Shown here piece after piece: positions 27,417 through 40,738 of a stretch of 64,000 bases of DNA. Location of the stretch: NCBI GenBank assembly GCA_010093815.1, contig ML996572.1, one strand, 5' to 3'. The notes under the pieces are model-generated. The model was not told where the DNA came from, did no database searches, and worked only from the letters and a program-made list of their open reading frames with translations. Position 1 is the first letter of the stretch. Every line of letters begins with the position of its first letter. A program made the translations under genes and the position numbers. Source of the DNA: Pseudovirgaria hyperparasitica. Lineage: Eukaryota.

Positions 27417-29338
27417 ATGGCGCAGTCGTTCCCTTATACGTACTATTCATGTCCATGTTATGATGCAAGCGGTGCGATTCCTACGTCTATAGCCGCAAAA
27501 CGAGCTTCACAGCTCTCCGCTGGCTCTGCACAAGACGATGACGAAGATGAGCAAACGTTCGACCCGCAGTCTTCGCGCGCCAACTACTCATTGTTCCCGA
27601 TAGAACACCTCCTCTATTGTGCCGATTGCAAACAAATACGATGCCCAAGATGCGTCACAGAGGAGGTACTATGTTGGTTTTGCCCGAGCTGCCAGCTTGA
27701 AGCAGGAAGCTCGGCTGTCAGGGGTGATGGGAATAGGTTAGTCCATAGCACCCAAAGTCGAAATAAATGAGCCTAAAGCTGTAACATAGGTGCCAGAGAA
27801 ATTGTCTCAATTGTCCTGTCTGCATTGCACCAATGCAAGTATCCTCACTCAAACCATCGGTCCCCAATTATCAGCTTTCCGATGAGGAGGCTAGAGGGTC
27901 CGACGGACCGTGGATTCTACAGTGTCTGTACTGTCAGTGGACTTCTCTTGATATTGGAGTCCATTTCGAAAAGATCAGTGGGATTGCAAAGCAGTTGCTG
28001 GACATCAAGAATGGCGGGGAATTAGTACCACCACAAAGAGAAAGAGACAAAGACCGCAAGCTGAAGATTGATCTCCTTGACAAAAGAAGGCATCCAGATG
28101 ACTATAGGCCGGAAGAACGACCGAAAGCAGACGAAGGAAAGCATCTCCAAGCGGACGATGCGGCCCCTACTGAACCTGTGGATTTCGACGAGCAATACGC
28201 AAACCTCCTTGCATTCTATCGTTCGCAGCTTTCTCGCGAGAAATCATCCAATGACCATAGTCGGCATTCGAAGTACTTGAGCCGATTGCTTTCGGCGACT
28301 GGTCGCGCCAGGTCAAATGACACAAAAGCACGGACTATGACTGAAGCTCGCAATGTGGACGAAGGTCTGACACTCGTCTCCTCTAAATTTGAAGCCCTCA
28401 AAATACAACGAATGAAAGAAGGAGGTTGGGAAAACACTGTCGATGCTACTCAACGCCTCCGTCAAATTAATCCCACTGTTCGGTTCTCCTCCGAACTACG
28501 TCCTTTGCCAACCCACTTACGGACGAAGCGAACCAAACGCTGCCGACAATGTCGACAAATCCTATCACGACCAGAGAACAAGGTCGTCTCACATCGCTAC
28601 AAGATCAAGTTGCTAGCGCTCAACCAAATCCCACGTCTCTCCATTCGAGCGCTCGCCGCGCCGCCTTTGCCCTTTCCTGGTGCAAGTCTTGCGCCTGGTA
28701 TCACACCATTCAAGTACGACAGTCTAAGTCCATTTTCGACAACTCAGTATCTCCTGACCCTCACAAATCCTCTCTTCGATCCCATAAAAGTGACGCTCGC
28801 CACGCCATCCATGACCTCAGGACGCATACAGTCGAAGATAACAGTCCTCTGCCCCCAATTTGACGTTGGCGCAAACACAGATGTCTGGGACGAAGCACTA
28901 GGTAGCGGCTCGGCGCGCCGCGGCGATGCTGTGGCACCAGGAGGCCCCGGTGCGCAAGCGCAGGCTGAAGCCGGCAAGGTGTGGGACAAAGGCCGCAATT
29001 GGACGAGTGTGATTCTGGAGGTCGTACCAGGGCGTTTTGTTCCGAAGGACGATAAGACTTCTGCGCCCGAACAGGATGGTGGAGTTGATGACGATGAGGA
29101 TTACTTGCGAAGCAAAGGCTTGCGAGAAGACGAGGATGTGCTTGAGATACCCATATTTGTGCGCATCGAGTATGAAACGGAGTCCACGGCGGTGGAAGAT
29201 CGAGAGAGGGGGACTGCCCTGAGTGCGTCACTAGGCAATGCGCGGGGAGATTCGCGTGGAGATGCAGGAAAGGGAAAGGAAAGGAGAGAGGAAGCGTTCT
29301 GGTGTGTGTTGGGTGTTGGAAGGATTGCTTTGGGTTGA
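27417..29338 (+). CDS. DCTN4: Dynactin p62 subunit (DCTN4 / Neurospora RO-2-like); intron 27737-27789
   Basis: Cys-rich N-terminus LLYCADCKQIRCPRC..CPSC..NRCQRNCLNCPVC, LRTKRTKRCRQC and LTLTNPLFDPIKVTLATP. Confidence 0.92.
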
Positions 29339-29719
29339 ACAAGTATATCAATGGCTAGAGCAAACGAGCTACCAATCGATATGAGAGAGCTCTAGTTTCT
29401 CCTCTGCCATTGAGCTATGTCTCATCTTCTTGTGACCCTGTCTAGAAGCTGCTCTGAAGCTGCAGAACGACCTATAGTTCTCAGCATGGGCCTAGATTCT
29501 CACCTTCTCGTCGCTAGGACTGGTCACCAACTGAACTACATGTGTTTGGCTGGTTTGGGCGACTTGTGAGAAGATCAAGTCGCCTGTGTGACTACCGAAG
29601 CGTCAGTCTGACCCATAGCCTTTGATGCAGCCAGGATTACCAATAGCATCACATACAAAGCACATTTAATATTGATTGATCTATCTCCATATAGCACCCT
29701 AGTCGCATCCGAAACTCCT

Positions 29720-31212
29720 CTGCACTAATTATGTGCAAGTCATCGTCTAATTAAGATACGCTGTTTGTAGACTCTTTGTCGACAGAGTGGCTCGGCCTTT
29801 GATTCAAATCTATGGAATGAAAAGCGTGGATTGCTGACAGTCAAGCTGCTAATCGAGGGTATTCGTGTACTGATAGGCTGAGCCCACGTTCTTCCTTGTG
29901 ACCGCCGTCATATGTTAGTAGCACTCCCGTACATAAACTTGTAGTTCTTGAATACCTTGGAGATTTCATTCTGGGCGTGGACTACCTCCAGAACAGATGT
30001 TGGTTTGGAAGTGACACTGGCTGCGAATGTACTGGAATTGGGCTAAGTTTCGTAGGGGTGACCAGTTCGTTAAAATAGGCGGCGAAGACGTATTCAGGGA
30101 CAGACTTTGAGAGCCGAAATATCTCAACAAAACTACAGCTGTAGTTCTTGCTATGTGTTAGTCAGATGTGAGTTATCCCTGGAGTATCGCAAAATGTGCC
30201 AAAGTTCACGAATCTGGGTCAGAATGTACGACAACACTATGCAAGGTAGGAAGTCATGACATAAAGATCAATGTTGGTGAAGAATTATCTCCAAAACCTA
30301 CCCTTTTGCGTAGCCTTACATAAAGAAAGTTTGACATCCTGAGGCTACTAAGAGATATATCTATACCATCTAGTCTCTCACGGCGGATCGATCGCCAGTA
30401 TAGGGACCGTAGGAAAGATGATTTCTGCTCGTCAGCCGTGATCTCAACAAATCCTCTGGCGATGAAAGGAGCGGTTATATCCGTTGTGGATTTATCAACA
30501 ACAGCTTGTGAGTTGTCTCATATGAAAAGTGTCCCTCCCATACAGAGCATTAAACAACGCCATGGTTGTATAGTGGTTCCCAGTAGTGGTAGATCCCAAA
30601 AAGACTTGCGATTTTGGTGACATCCATGTTATATATAAAATTAGGTAGGGTTCAGCTACAGCGCTGAATTCGGCTTGACTCACGGTTGATCGGAGTAGTA
30701 GCTTCAGCCTACGAGTTCGAACGGAGGCTATGATTCACTTATACGAAACCATCTGCGTATAATTCAGTTCAGAAAATATTGAGTCCACAGGAACGTTGAA
30801 AGACATATCTGTAATCCCAACGTCATCAGAAGAAACAACACTACCCTTCTCATGACTCCTCCTTCCATATACATTTTGGGTGAAAGAGAAATTGATTACC
30901 TTGTTAGATGATGGGTCTACACGAGAGTTATATTGTGCAAACACCTTGGTGATAACAAGAGAGGATCTTGTAGCCGTATAAATGCACTCGCGTTTCCATA
31001 GCTTCGGTCCTTTTGGTTCGTCACAAGAGACTATACCCTACTCACTCTGCTACCTGGCATCCACGCATCATGTTAAGTCATCGTAAACCCTGGCTTGCCG
31101 GGCTGCTCACAGGCTTCTTAGTTTCTTTGCAGACGATGAGAAAGGATATGGAACCATTATTCGAAACGAAGACTCCCCCATGTGTGCGCTTCCCTAATAT
31201 GGTAGTGTAGAT
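29720..31212 (-). pseudogene. Decayed intronless reading frame of unknown origin, truncated at its 5' side by the Copia LTR
   Basis: ORFs 30944-30735 and 30683-30495 are one frame broken by a single TGA; further open stretches of 40-90 codons continue across frameshifts on both sides. Confidence 0.45.
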
Positions 31213-31899
31213 TGTTGAAGTTCTAAAGAAGTTATATTGTCTAAGTCCTTAAGTCTAAGAGAGACGACTTAAGTATTCTACGCTAATAGCTAGTGTAATA
31301 AATAAATGAGAGAGTAGTTCCTTCTATACTCCCCTATACTTAAACCATTCATTATAGACTAATATTAGTTCTTAACTTCTCTAATATTAGTATAGGGAGA
31401 GACTTTATATATATATCCGCTAAGTTCTTAGTAGAAGAGACATAACGAACCTCGAAAACCCTATATATATATTTCTTACGGACGAAATAAAAGTGTATAG
31501 TAATATACTTAGAACGAGTATTAATCTATATATTCTTAATTAAAGATATAGCTATCTAATTATTAGTAAGTAGCTAGGGTAGATAAGGAAGAGTAGATCT
31601 AGTAAGTTCTATAATTAAATTAATAGACTATATAAGATAACTTATAGTATTTAAGTAAGCTATATATTCGCTCTTATATATAGACTTCGTAACTATATTT
31701 TATCTTTTAGTGCTCTAGATAAGTATATTTCTATACTACTAAAAAATATATCCTAAGAAAGACCTTAACAAGCTAGGGTTAGATCCCTAGAATATATCTA
31801 AAAATATATATATAGTAGGAGGTTCTAGAGAGCGTTAGAGTACTAGGGATAAGCCGCTTATATACTTTATATATTGGAGAAGCTAGTATATATAATTAA
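31213..31899 (-). mobile_element. 3' end of a RIP-mutated Ty1/Copia LTR retrotransposon: RNase H (~31830-31355), PPT 31334-31329, 116-bp 3' LTR 31328-31213
   Basis: Minus-strand translation de-RIPs to WSTKRQ..VAKST.ESEYMA, DNQAAI, RSKHIAVHFHFVRE and ENLADM.TKSLP; GGGGAG PPT precedes an LTR ending ...TTCAACA. Confidence 0.88.
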
Positions 31900-32077
31900 T
31901 GTTAGGACTTAGCCTTAGATAGAACCTAACCTATATGTACCTTAGCTAATAGGGTTAGGAGGTAATGTAAAGGGTAGTAAATAGTTATATACTAGATAGA
32001 TTAGCGTCCCTTTATATATATACTCTTAGATTTCTACTAAAAGAGTTTAATAGTAATTTATTCTATAATAGAATATA

Positions 32078-32218
32078 TGTTAGGCACGTGGCCTGCCAGT
32101 TGATTCTACATGTGTATAGTAGTCGTATATAAGTAGTGTGCTCCACCCTTGAAGTAGTAGCTTTAAGATTCGGTCCTTTTAGTGTAGTTGGTTGGTACGT
32201 GGAGCCCGCCTCCTTATA
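32078..32218. mobile_element. 141-bp solo LTR of a different family inserted in the family-A LTR
   Basis: Starts TGTTAGG and ends CCTTATA(CA); flanked by the 5-bp duplication ATATA (32073-32077 / 32219-32223); absent from the other family-A LTR at 63244-63471. Confidence 0.85.
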
Positions 32219-32785
32219 ATATACCCTATTATTCTATCTAACTATACTACTATCTAATAACCCTATTCTTATATTCGAATTACTCTCTATATAGTACTAT
32301 AGTTAAGATAGTCTAACTAGAACCAAGAAGGTCGATATAATCTACTATAGAGATAAGTAATACTATATTAAATAATAGGGATCCTCTATAATTAGTATTA
32401 ATTCTAGCTATTTCTAACTAAGAAGTAGAAATATTAGACTAAATCACGGAGCTTTTAGATGAAGAAATAGTAGATATACTAAGTAACTTCTAATAATATA
32501 AAGCCGGATAATAAGTCGTAGCGGAGCCATATAAGATATTATAATAAACTATTACTAAACTTTAGAAATATATCGCGAATTAGGCTCGAGAGATTTAAAC
32601 TCTTAAAGAATAGATAGAACGCGCGAAACTTCTTATAAAGAGATAAGAACTTAAGGAGTCTCTTAAAGAACTACGCCGAATAATAGTAGGTAGATAACTT
32701 TCTATACTAATTTAGGCGGAATTAGTTTACCTACTATTAGAGTTATAATAATCTACTATATTTCTAGCCGCTTTATTACTAATTT

Positions 32786-35700
32786 TATAAAGAGTAAAGA
32801 CGTGGGATAGTAGTCTAATAGTTCATAGAGAGACATAGAAATGTATTTATAGAGTAATCTTACTCTTATACAAGGTTGATTCCTAAGAAGTAGGAATTAG
32901 TTTATACGGTCTACTTATATAGTAACCTCGCTTAACTTAGCTAACTTAACCTAGCTCTGGCCACTACGTGGCTATATAGATTAGAATAGTCTATATAGAT
33001 CTATTATAGTTCCCGTCCTAATAATATCCTTCTTCTTTTTATACTTCGCCCCGAAGCACTTAAGTATATATAATCCTAAGTCTCTATAATCTATCGTGTA
33101 CCTATATATCCGTAACTAAGTTCCTATAATGTTATAACTATCCTTAATATAGGTAAACTCGAGATTCTAGTTTACTTTTACTAGTTTATACACGCGCTTA
33201 TCCCTTACTTTATAGCTACTACCTAGAATATATAATCGCCACTTTAGTCGAGTATATATTTAGCTTCGCTCGCCTTTAATTTTATTCTCTAGTATATCTA
33301 CCTCGCTCTTAAGGTAAGTCGTTAATTTATATACTATCTTCCCTAGTTTAGGTTTAGAAGGGTCTATAGTAGTCTATTCTTATTAGAACCGGTCTAATAT
33401 AATCTATTCGCGTTATTATAGTTACTGATTTAGCTTCGTTAATCGCCGTTAAGGGTAGACGAATATTCCTTTCTTAGATCTCTAGCTAACGTATATATAT
33501 AGATATCTAATACTAGTTCTATCTCTAAGCCTGCCTCCTCCTCTTATAAGACTCGCTCTAAAGGTATCGCCTCCTCCCCGGCTACGCCGGCTAAGAAGCC
33601 TATCTATTACGGTAGTATAAAGGCGCGCTCTAAGTTAGAGAAGAGAGTAGTTAGGGCTACTACTACTACTACCTCTACTACTAATATAGCTACTAGTCGC
33701 TCTAATCTAGGTAATCCTAGTACTAAACTTATAGATAAAGTGGTCGTAGATTCCCCTCTCGCTCTAAAGCGTATACTATCTACTCTACCTTCTCTAGAGG
33801 ATAAAGAAGATCTTATTATAGATAATAATCGCGAGCCCTCGCGTTTACCTACGCCGCCGCCTTACCGCTCTTTCTTCTAGTCTAATATAGACTAATTTAG
33901 TCGCTCTAGGTTCTTTTAGGACCTTAATATTTACTCTAAACCCTAGCCTACTAATAATAAGGTCTAGGTCGCCGAGGATACTAAACATGGTCATGGTTTA
34001 CGCTATAGGAAAACGGCGAACTATAGTTCGATATACTATAAGTATATTAAGGGCTATACGGCCGGCTCTAAATATCTCTTTCGCTCTAACTCTAGTATTA
34101 GCTACTACTCTACTAACCGCGATAGGCCTATACGCCTTATCTTTACTCTACCTACCCGCTACTACCGCTATACCGTGACTAGTAAGACTTATCTATAGAT
34201 AAGTATAATAGGCTATCTTAATCTAGTATAATCTAAAGTAGTCCGCGCTAATATATTCTTAGGTTCCTATATATATATAAGATATATATAACGACCTTCG
34301 CGTCCGTGAGACCCTNNNNNNNNNNNNNNNNNNNNNNNNNNNNNNNNNNNNNNNNNNNNNNNNNNNNNNNNNNNNNNNNNNNNNNNNNNNNNNNNNNNNN
34401 NNNNNNNNNNNNNNNNNNNNNNNNNNNNNNNNNNNNNNNNNNNNNNNNNNNNNNNNNNNNNNNNNNNNNNNNNNNNNNNNNNNNNNNNAGAGGGTATATA
34501 TTCCCTTCTAGATTATTCTAGATTATATTAGCTAACTTTAGACCTAGTCGCTACGCTCCGGCGCTTAAGGCTCTTCCCTCTAGGCTCTAACGGATTAGGT
34601 TATTACTCTAGAGACTAAGGTCGTCGTCCTCCGCCACTATATTATATAGTTAGAGAGGACTACGCTAGAGGTTAGGATAGATAATAAGATAGAGGAGTAG
34701 CTCTATGGTTCTAGCTCTATGGGTTTGGCTCTATATATTAGCTCTATGGTCTAGCTCTATATATTAGCTCTATATCTAGCTCTATATATTCTAGATCTAC
34801 TATAGGTGGTGCGCGCCGGCTCTATTTACCTGGCTTTTATCCGTTTTAGTCCTTTTTAGACCGTTTAGATATCTATCGGCTAGTTTCTAGTAATTTAATT
34901 CTTAACTTAACGATATTATATGTGCGCTCGCTTAGCTTATAACTATTGGTTTCTATATTCTAATTTTCCTTAAGTTACCTAAGTATAGACACCATATATA
35001 AATTAGTTTATCTCTATAAATTCTATTAGAGTACCTAAACTAGTAGCCTAGTAGTTATTAGTTCGGGTACTCTAATCTTTTATATTTTATATTAAGAGTT
35101 TAATTCTATGGTAGGGTACCTTTTTTTAGGTTCTTAGTCCTATGTTTTTCTCGTGTATAATGGTCCATGTTAGTCTATTCTAGACTCTTCTATATTATTC
35201 TATTATAGTATGTTACGTCGCGTTTCTAAAATGGTTATTTACGCTTTCTTCGTGTCTAGTAACCATATAACACTTAAATTATAGGGCTACTATATAGAGT
35301 TTTCCTAGTGCGCGTCTAGATTTCCTAGTTTAGTACTTCGTTCTCTACGGTATCCTTCTTCTTTTTATAATAACCGCGACGTTACTATACTTATATTAAT
35401 AATACGCTATTCTATATCTTTTACTTATACGCAGCTATTATAGAACTTAAGATATATACTACTAGTTCCTAGGTGTTCTCGTCCTTAGTGTAGTCCGTCT
35501 AATAGATTCTATATTTCTAAACACCGTCTTTATTAATCCTATGTTCGATAATATAGTCTACTTCGAATATATCTAGTCTATCTTAGGGTATAATAGAGTG
35601 TAACTACACGTTTATGCGGCCATATACGTTAGGTTAAAATCTTTTAAGTAGTAAGACGTGGAACACGTTATAGATTCTTATATTACTTTCTAAGTCGAGC

Positions 35701-38700
35701 TTATAGACTCTTATACTAATACGACATTTAATTCGGAAGGGACCAGCCATTTTATAATTAAGCTTCTTATTTACTCGCGATATTTATATGTTACGGACGT
35801 TAAGAAGGACCTCGTCGCCCTCCTTATATGTCTAATCCTTGGCTAACCTATTATAGTACTTCGTATACGAGTTATTTACTTATTAGATTATAGCGTGATA
35901 GTTACGTATGGTTTCGAAGATTTTAATTACTAATTTCTAAGCGTGGACGTTCACGTCTATTATTCGATTAAATTAGACCGTCTAAGGCTTAAAACCTATC
36001 CTTAGACTACGTCCGAGGTTCGCCTAGAAAGGTATAANNNNNNNNNNNNNNNNNNNNNNNNNNNNNNNNNNNNNNNNNNNNNNNNNNNNNNNNNNNNNNN
36101 NNNNNNNNNNNNNNNNNNNNNNNNNNNNNNNNNNNNNNNNNNNNNNNNNNNNNNNNNNNNNNNNNNNNNNNNNNNNNNNNNNNNNNNNNNNNNNNNNNNN
36201 NNNNNNNNNNNNNNNNNNNNNNNNNNNNNNNNNNNNNNNNNNNNNNNNNNNNNNNNNNNNNNNNNNNNNNNNNNNNNNNNNNNNNNNNNNNNNNNNNNNN
36301 NNNNNNNNNNNNNNNNNNNNNNNNNNNNNNNNNNNNNNNNNNNNNNNNNNNNNNNNNNNNNNNNNNNNNNNNNNNNNNNNNNNNNNNNNNNNNNNNNNNN
36401 NNNNNNNNNNNNNNNNNNNNNNNNNNNNNNNNNNNNNNNNNNNNNNNNNNNNNNNNNNNNNNNNNNNNNNNNNNNNNNNNNNNNNNNNNNNNNNNNNNNN
36501 NNNNNNNNNNNNNNNNNNNNNNNNNNNNNNNNNNNNNNNNNNNNNNNNNNNNNNNNNNNNNNNNNNNNNNNNNNNNNNNNNNNNNNNNNNNNNNNNNNNN
36601 NNNNNNNNNNNNNNNNNNNNNNNNNNNNNNNNNNNNNNNNNNNNNNNNNNNNNNNNNNNNNNNNNNNNNNNNNNNNNNNNNNNNNNNNNNNNNNNNNGTA
36701 TATAGTACTTTCTATTATAGTAAAGTAAGCCGTCCACGAAGGTCTACTTATAGTCTACTTTAGTCCGTAATAACCTATCTTACTATATTTTATATAACTT
36801 TAAAACTATCGGGTCTATCTTCTATAGATCTATAATTAACTAGGCGAGGTTAATTAGATATTCACGCTAGGTATTATCGCCCTTCCCGATAGCGCTAATA
36901 AACGGCCTACTAGGGACTTTAGTACCGCGTCTTTGGTTACCGGCTTTAGTCTTAGAGATTCGATTACTAGCATCGATATTAGTATCTCGCTAATTACCTA
37001 ATAACTTAAAATCTAACCTCGTCCTTAAGAGTTAGGCCTATAGCTACTCTAGGACCCTATAGCTACTATAATTCTAGGCGCCTTCTTTATAGTTAGGTCT
37101 TCTTAATATTCTATTAGCTAGGTTTATACTTCTAGGTTAATAGTAGATTATAAAATAAAAATTCATAAGCTACTTAGCCTATTAAACCTATCAACAATTT
37201 AAAACCATCATACTTATAAACCCCTTTAAGTTATAGTAATTAGTTAGTAACTCGACGTTATATATGGCACCTTTAAGATAATATTACTACTATTTAAATA
37301 ACTCTACTATTACTAGTAGCTCTTAGTTATAGATAGTATATCTAGTCTTAACATCGACTATTTTGCGTAAGAAGAACGTAACTAGATACTATTAGACCTT
37401 TTTAGACTTAGTTAGTCTAGGCTAGAAGAGAATACCTAAGATTATAAATTCTAACACGTTAGTTTTAACGCGGATAGATTTAGTCGGGTTAAAGTATACT
37501 AGTAATAGAGTAGTTATAAATACCTCTTTAATTTTCTTGAAGGAGGCCCTTTCGCCTTCCGATAATTCTATAGACTATGATTTAATATTATACTATTTCT
37601 ATCTACCGCGGACCGTAATAGATAAATCTATAGTAGTAGTATACGCGTTAAGCGGTGCTACTAGCCGGGAGAAATACTTAACGAATTTTCGGTAGTAATT
37701 AGCGAATCTAATAAAGATACGTATATCTCGAACTAATTTTAGTTTAGACTAGTCTACGATAGTAGCGACTCTATCCCTTTCTATAGTTATATCTTAATTA
37801 GTAATAATAAAGCTAAGGAAGTTAATATGGTCCTAGTGGAACTCGCATTTAGATAGCTTAATATATAGCTTATATTTTTCTAGCCTATCTAGGACTACGC
37901 GTACGTGCTAGATGTATTCTTCTTTATTATTAGAGAAGATAAGGATGTTATTAAGGTATATAATGCACGTCGTGTCGAGTAGGCCTACTAGCGTGTTATT
38001 AATATACGCTTAGAAGGTTCCTAGCGCGTTAGTTAGTCTAAAAGGGACCACTATATACTTGAAGTATCTATAACGGGTTCTAAACGCCGTTTTCTACTTA
38101 TCGCCCTTCTTAATACGTAGGCGGTAGTAGACGTCACGTAGATCGAGCTTAGTAAAGATCTTCGCGCGCCCTAGTCTATTAATAGACTTAGAGATAAGAG
38201 GTAGTAGGTAACGATTCTTTTATATAATATTATTTAGGCTATAGTAGTCGATATATAGACGGAGACTCCTATCCTTCTTCTTTATAAAGAGGATTAGAGC
38301 TCCGGCTAGAGATATACTAGGTCTAATCTATCCTCGCGTAAGGTTCTTTTCGATATATTCTTAGAGGACCTATAGCTCGGGTTCTAATAGAGGGTATATA
38401 GGTCCGTATAGGGGTTATTAACCGTCTTTAAGATTAATAGTAAGGTCGGTAGGTTAGTATTAAGGTAATTCGGACGAGTCGATCGCTAACGCGATATATT
38501 AGTATATTTTATACTAATATAGTAGGTTTTCGTCTACTTTAATACTAAGCTCTCTATTTTAAGTAAGTAAGAGGACATAGATAGCGGAGATTACCTTTTC
38601 GTAGTCCTTCTAGAATTATTCGTCGTTAACTAGCTATACTAGGTTCTATTATAGTAGGTACATGCGCCAGCCAGCTATTTTCTAGATAAAGTCTAGTTTC

Positions 38701-40738
38701 GGGTTATATTTTTTAAGCTATAGTATACTAAGGATTATATCGAAGGGACTATCTACCATAATAAAGGTTAAGTAGCAGGGTTTCTACTTCCCCCCGCTAT
38801 CCTAGATGCTATATTTAATAGTATAGGTACCCTACGATTTAATAGAACTATCGATACCATAGAAGGTAGCACCTATTAGTACTTAAATATCGACGTTAAG
38901 TTCTTATGCTCGTTAAGTCGATATAACGTTAGTAGCTAAACTACTATCGAGTATTATAGTCTAATATTATCTATAAGAGACCTCGATAGGCCTAGCCTAT
39001 AGTTTAATATACTAGTTAGCTAGTTATCCCTCTATTTTAGTTACGCCTACGAGTCGTGAGGGTTCCTTATAGATAGTTAGTTTTTTATATCGTATACCGG
39101 GTAGTTAGACGCGATGTATCCTAGCTACTAGTACTTATAGTATATAACTAACTTAGTATCTATATTAGTATTTAGTAGTTTCCCTAAGCGGTACTCGGGT
39201 GCTATATAGCCTATTCTACCATAGGTATAGTAGGTGACTTTAGGTCGTTTATATAAGTCGTTTCTCGCGTCTCGATATATTAACTAGTAGAAAGATCCAC
39301 GGTATAGGCCTCGTCTTCTCGAGTTCGTGGAGTAGTAGCGCCTATAAGATATTCCGCGCGATCTATTACTAAACCGGTCCTCTTTAGACGATTTCGTATT
39401 AGATTAGATTAATAGGGATAGTCGTACGCCTATACGATGTTAGTTATTTATTATACGCTAATATCGTTCTACGAGATTCGCGAGTACCTAAAGGTTAGTA
39501 GAGATAGACGTTATAAGGTTAATATATTCCTTTACGCTCGGGTTAAGGGACCTTTTAAAGTTATCGCATTATTAAACTATATAATCTTCCTTAGCTTCTC
39601 TCTAAAGAGGTCGGAGGTATTTAAGGAGTTATAACAGGGATTATCTCTCTCGCTATTAAGTCTTAAAGATATAGCTCTAAGTCTATTCGTGTCGCTTAGC
39701 TCTATCGCCGAAGCATTAAAGAAGGAATTTAGTAAACGTATCCTAGTTATACGTATCCTTAGGGTGTTTAATTCGATGTACCATCTAACGTTTAGATAGT
39801 ATTAGGTCTAGGTAGTTCTATACGAACCTAATCTTATTACTATCGTTTATGAATAGGTGGAAGAATCGGCTATACTAGTAAGCCTATTTATAAAAGCTCC
39901 TCCTGGTTTTACCGTCGAAGTAAGGTGGTTTCTTAGGCTAAGGTAACTAGGATAGTAATAGACTTAGTTAGACTGTTTCGGCTTAAGTTAGTCTATATTA
40001 GTGTAGGTTAGTTATTACTAGTACTAAAGCGCGTAGTATAGCTTTAAGTCTAGCGGTTCGTCCTTACGCTTTATTAAGTTCACGAAGTTACTACTCGAGC
40101 TAAGTCTAACGCTACCTCTCTATGTATAGCTTAGTATATATATCATTATAAGGGGTGGTTAATATTAGTCGGTTCTAACGAATTAATTCATTAACGTTAA
40201 TAGGGTCTAGTCTTATAGTAAGGATAGGTCTAGTATAGTATAAACTAGACCGCGATAGAGTATAATGGACTCCTTCCTTATTATCTAGGTAATCTTCCAC
40301 GGTTATATAGAATGCCGTACTAGTTATTAGTACGATAGTCTATAGAGTATACTTATTAGTAGAGGTGGTCGTAGAGAGACTATTCTCTTCGTTTAGATTT
40401 AGAGAGAGTCTCTCGTATAAGGTAGTACTACGGGTATTATAGCGCGTAGTAGGAGCTATCTCTATAAGCTACTATCGTACTATATAGAGAGAAATTAAAA
40501 TATAAAGAGTAAAGACGTAGGATAGTAGTCTAATAGTTCATAGAGAGATATAGGAATGTATTTATAGAGTAATCTTACTCTTATACGAGGTTGATTCCTA
40601 ACGAGTAGGAATCGGTTTATACGGTCTACTTATATAGTAACCTCGCTTAACTTAGCTGACTTAACCTAGCTCTGGCCACTACGTGGCTATATGGATTAGA
40701 ATGGTCCATACAGGTCTATTATAGTTCCCGTCCTGATA
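32786..40738 (-). mobile_element. Chromoviral Gypsy element family B, copy 1 (heavily RIPed, two assembly gaps); LTRs 32786-33023 and 40501-40738
   Basis: Two 238-bp LTRs, TSD AATTT (32781-32785 / 40739-40743), minus-strand PPT AAAAAGAAGAAGGATAT; colinear with copy 3. Confidence 0.95.
33503..34511 (+). pseudogene. Antisense accessory gene in family-B copy 1 (N gap inside the gene)
   Basis: Colinear with copies 2 and 3. Confidence 0.65.
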
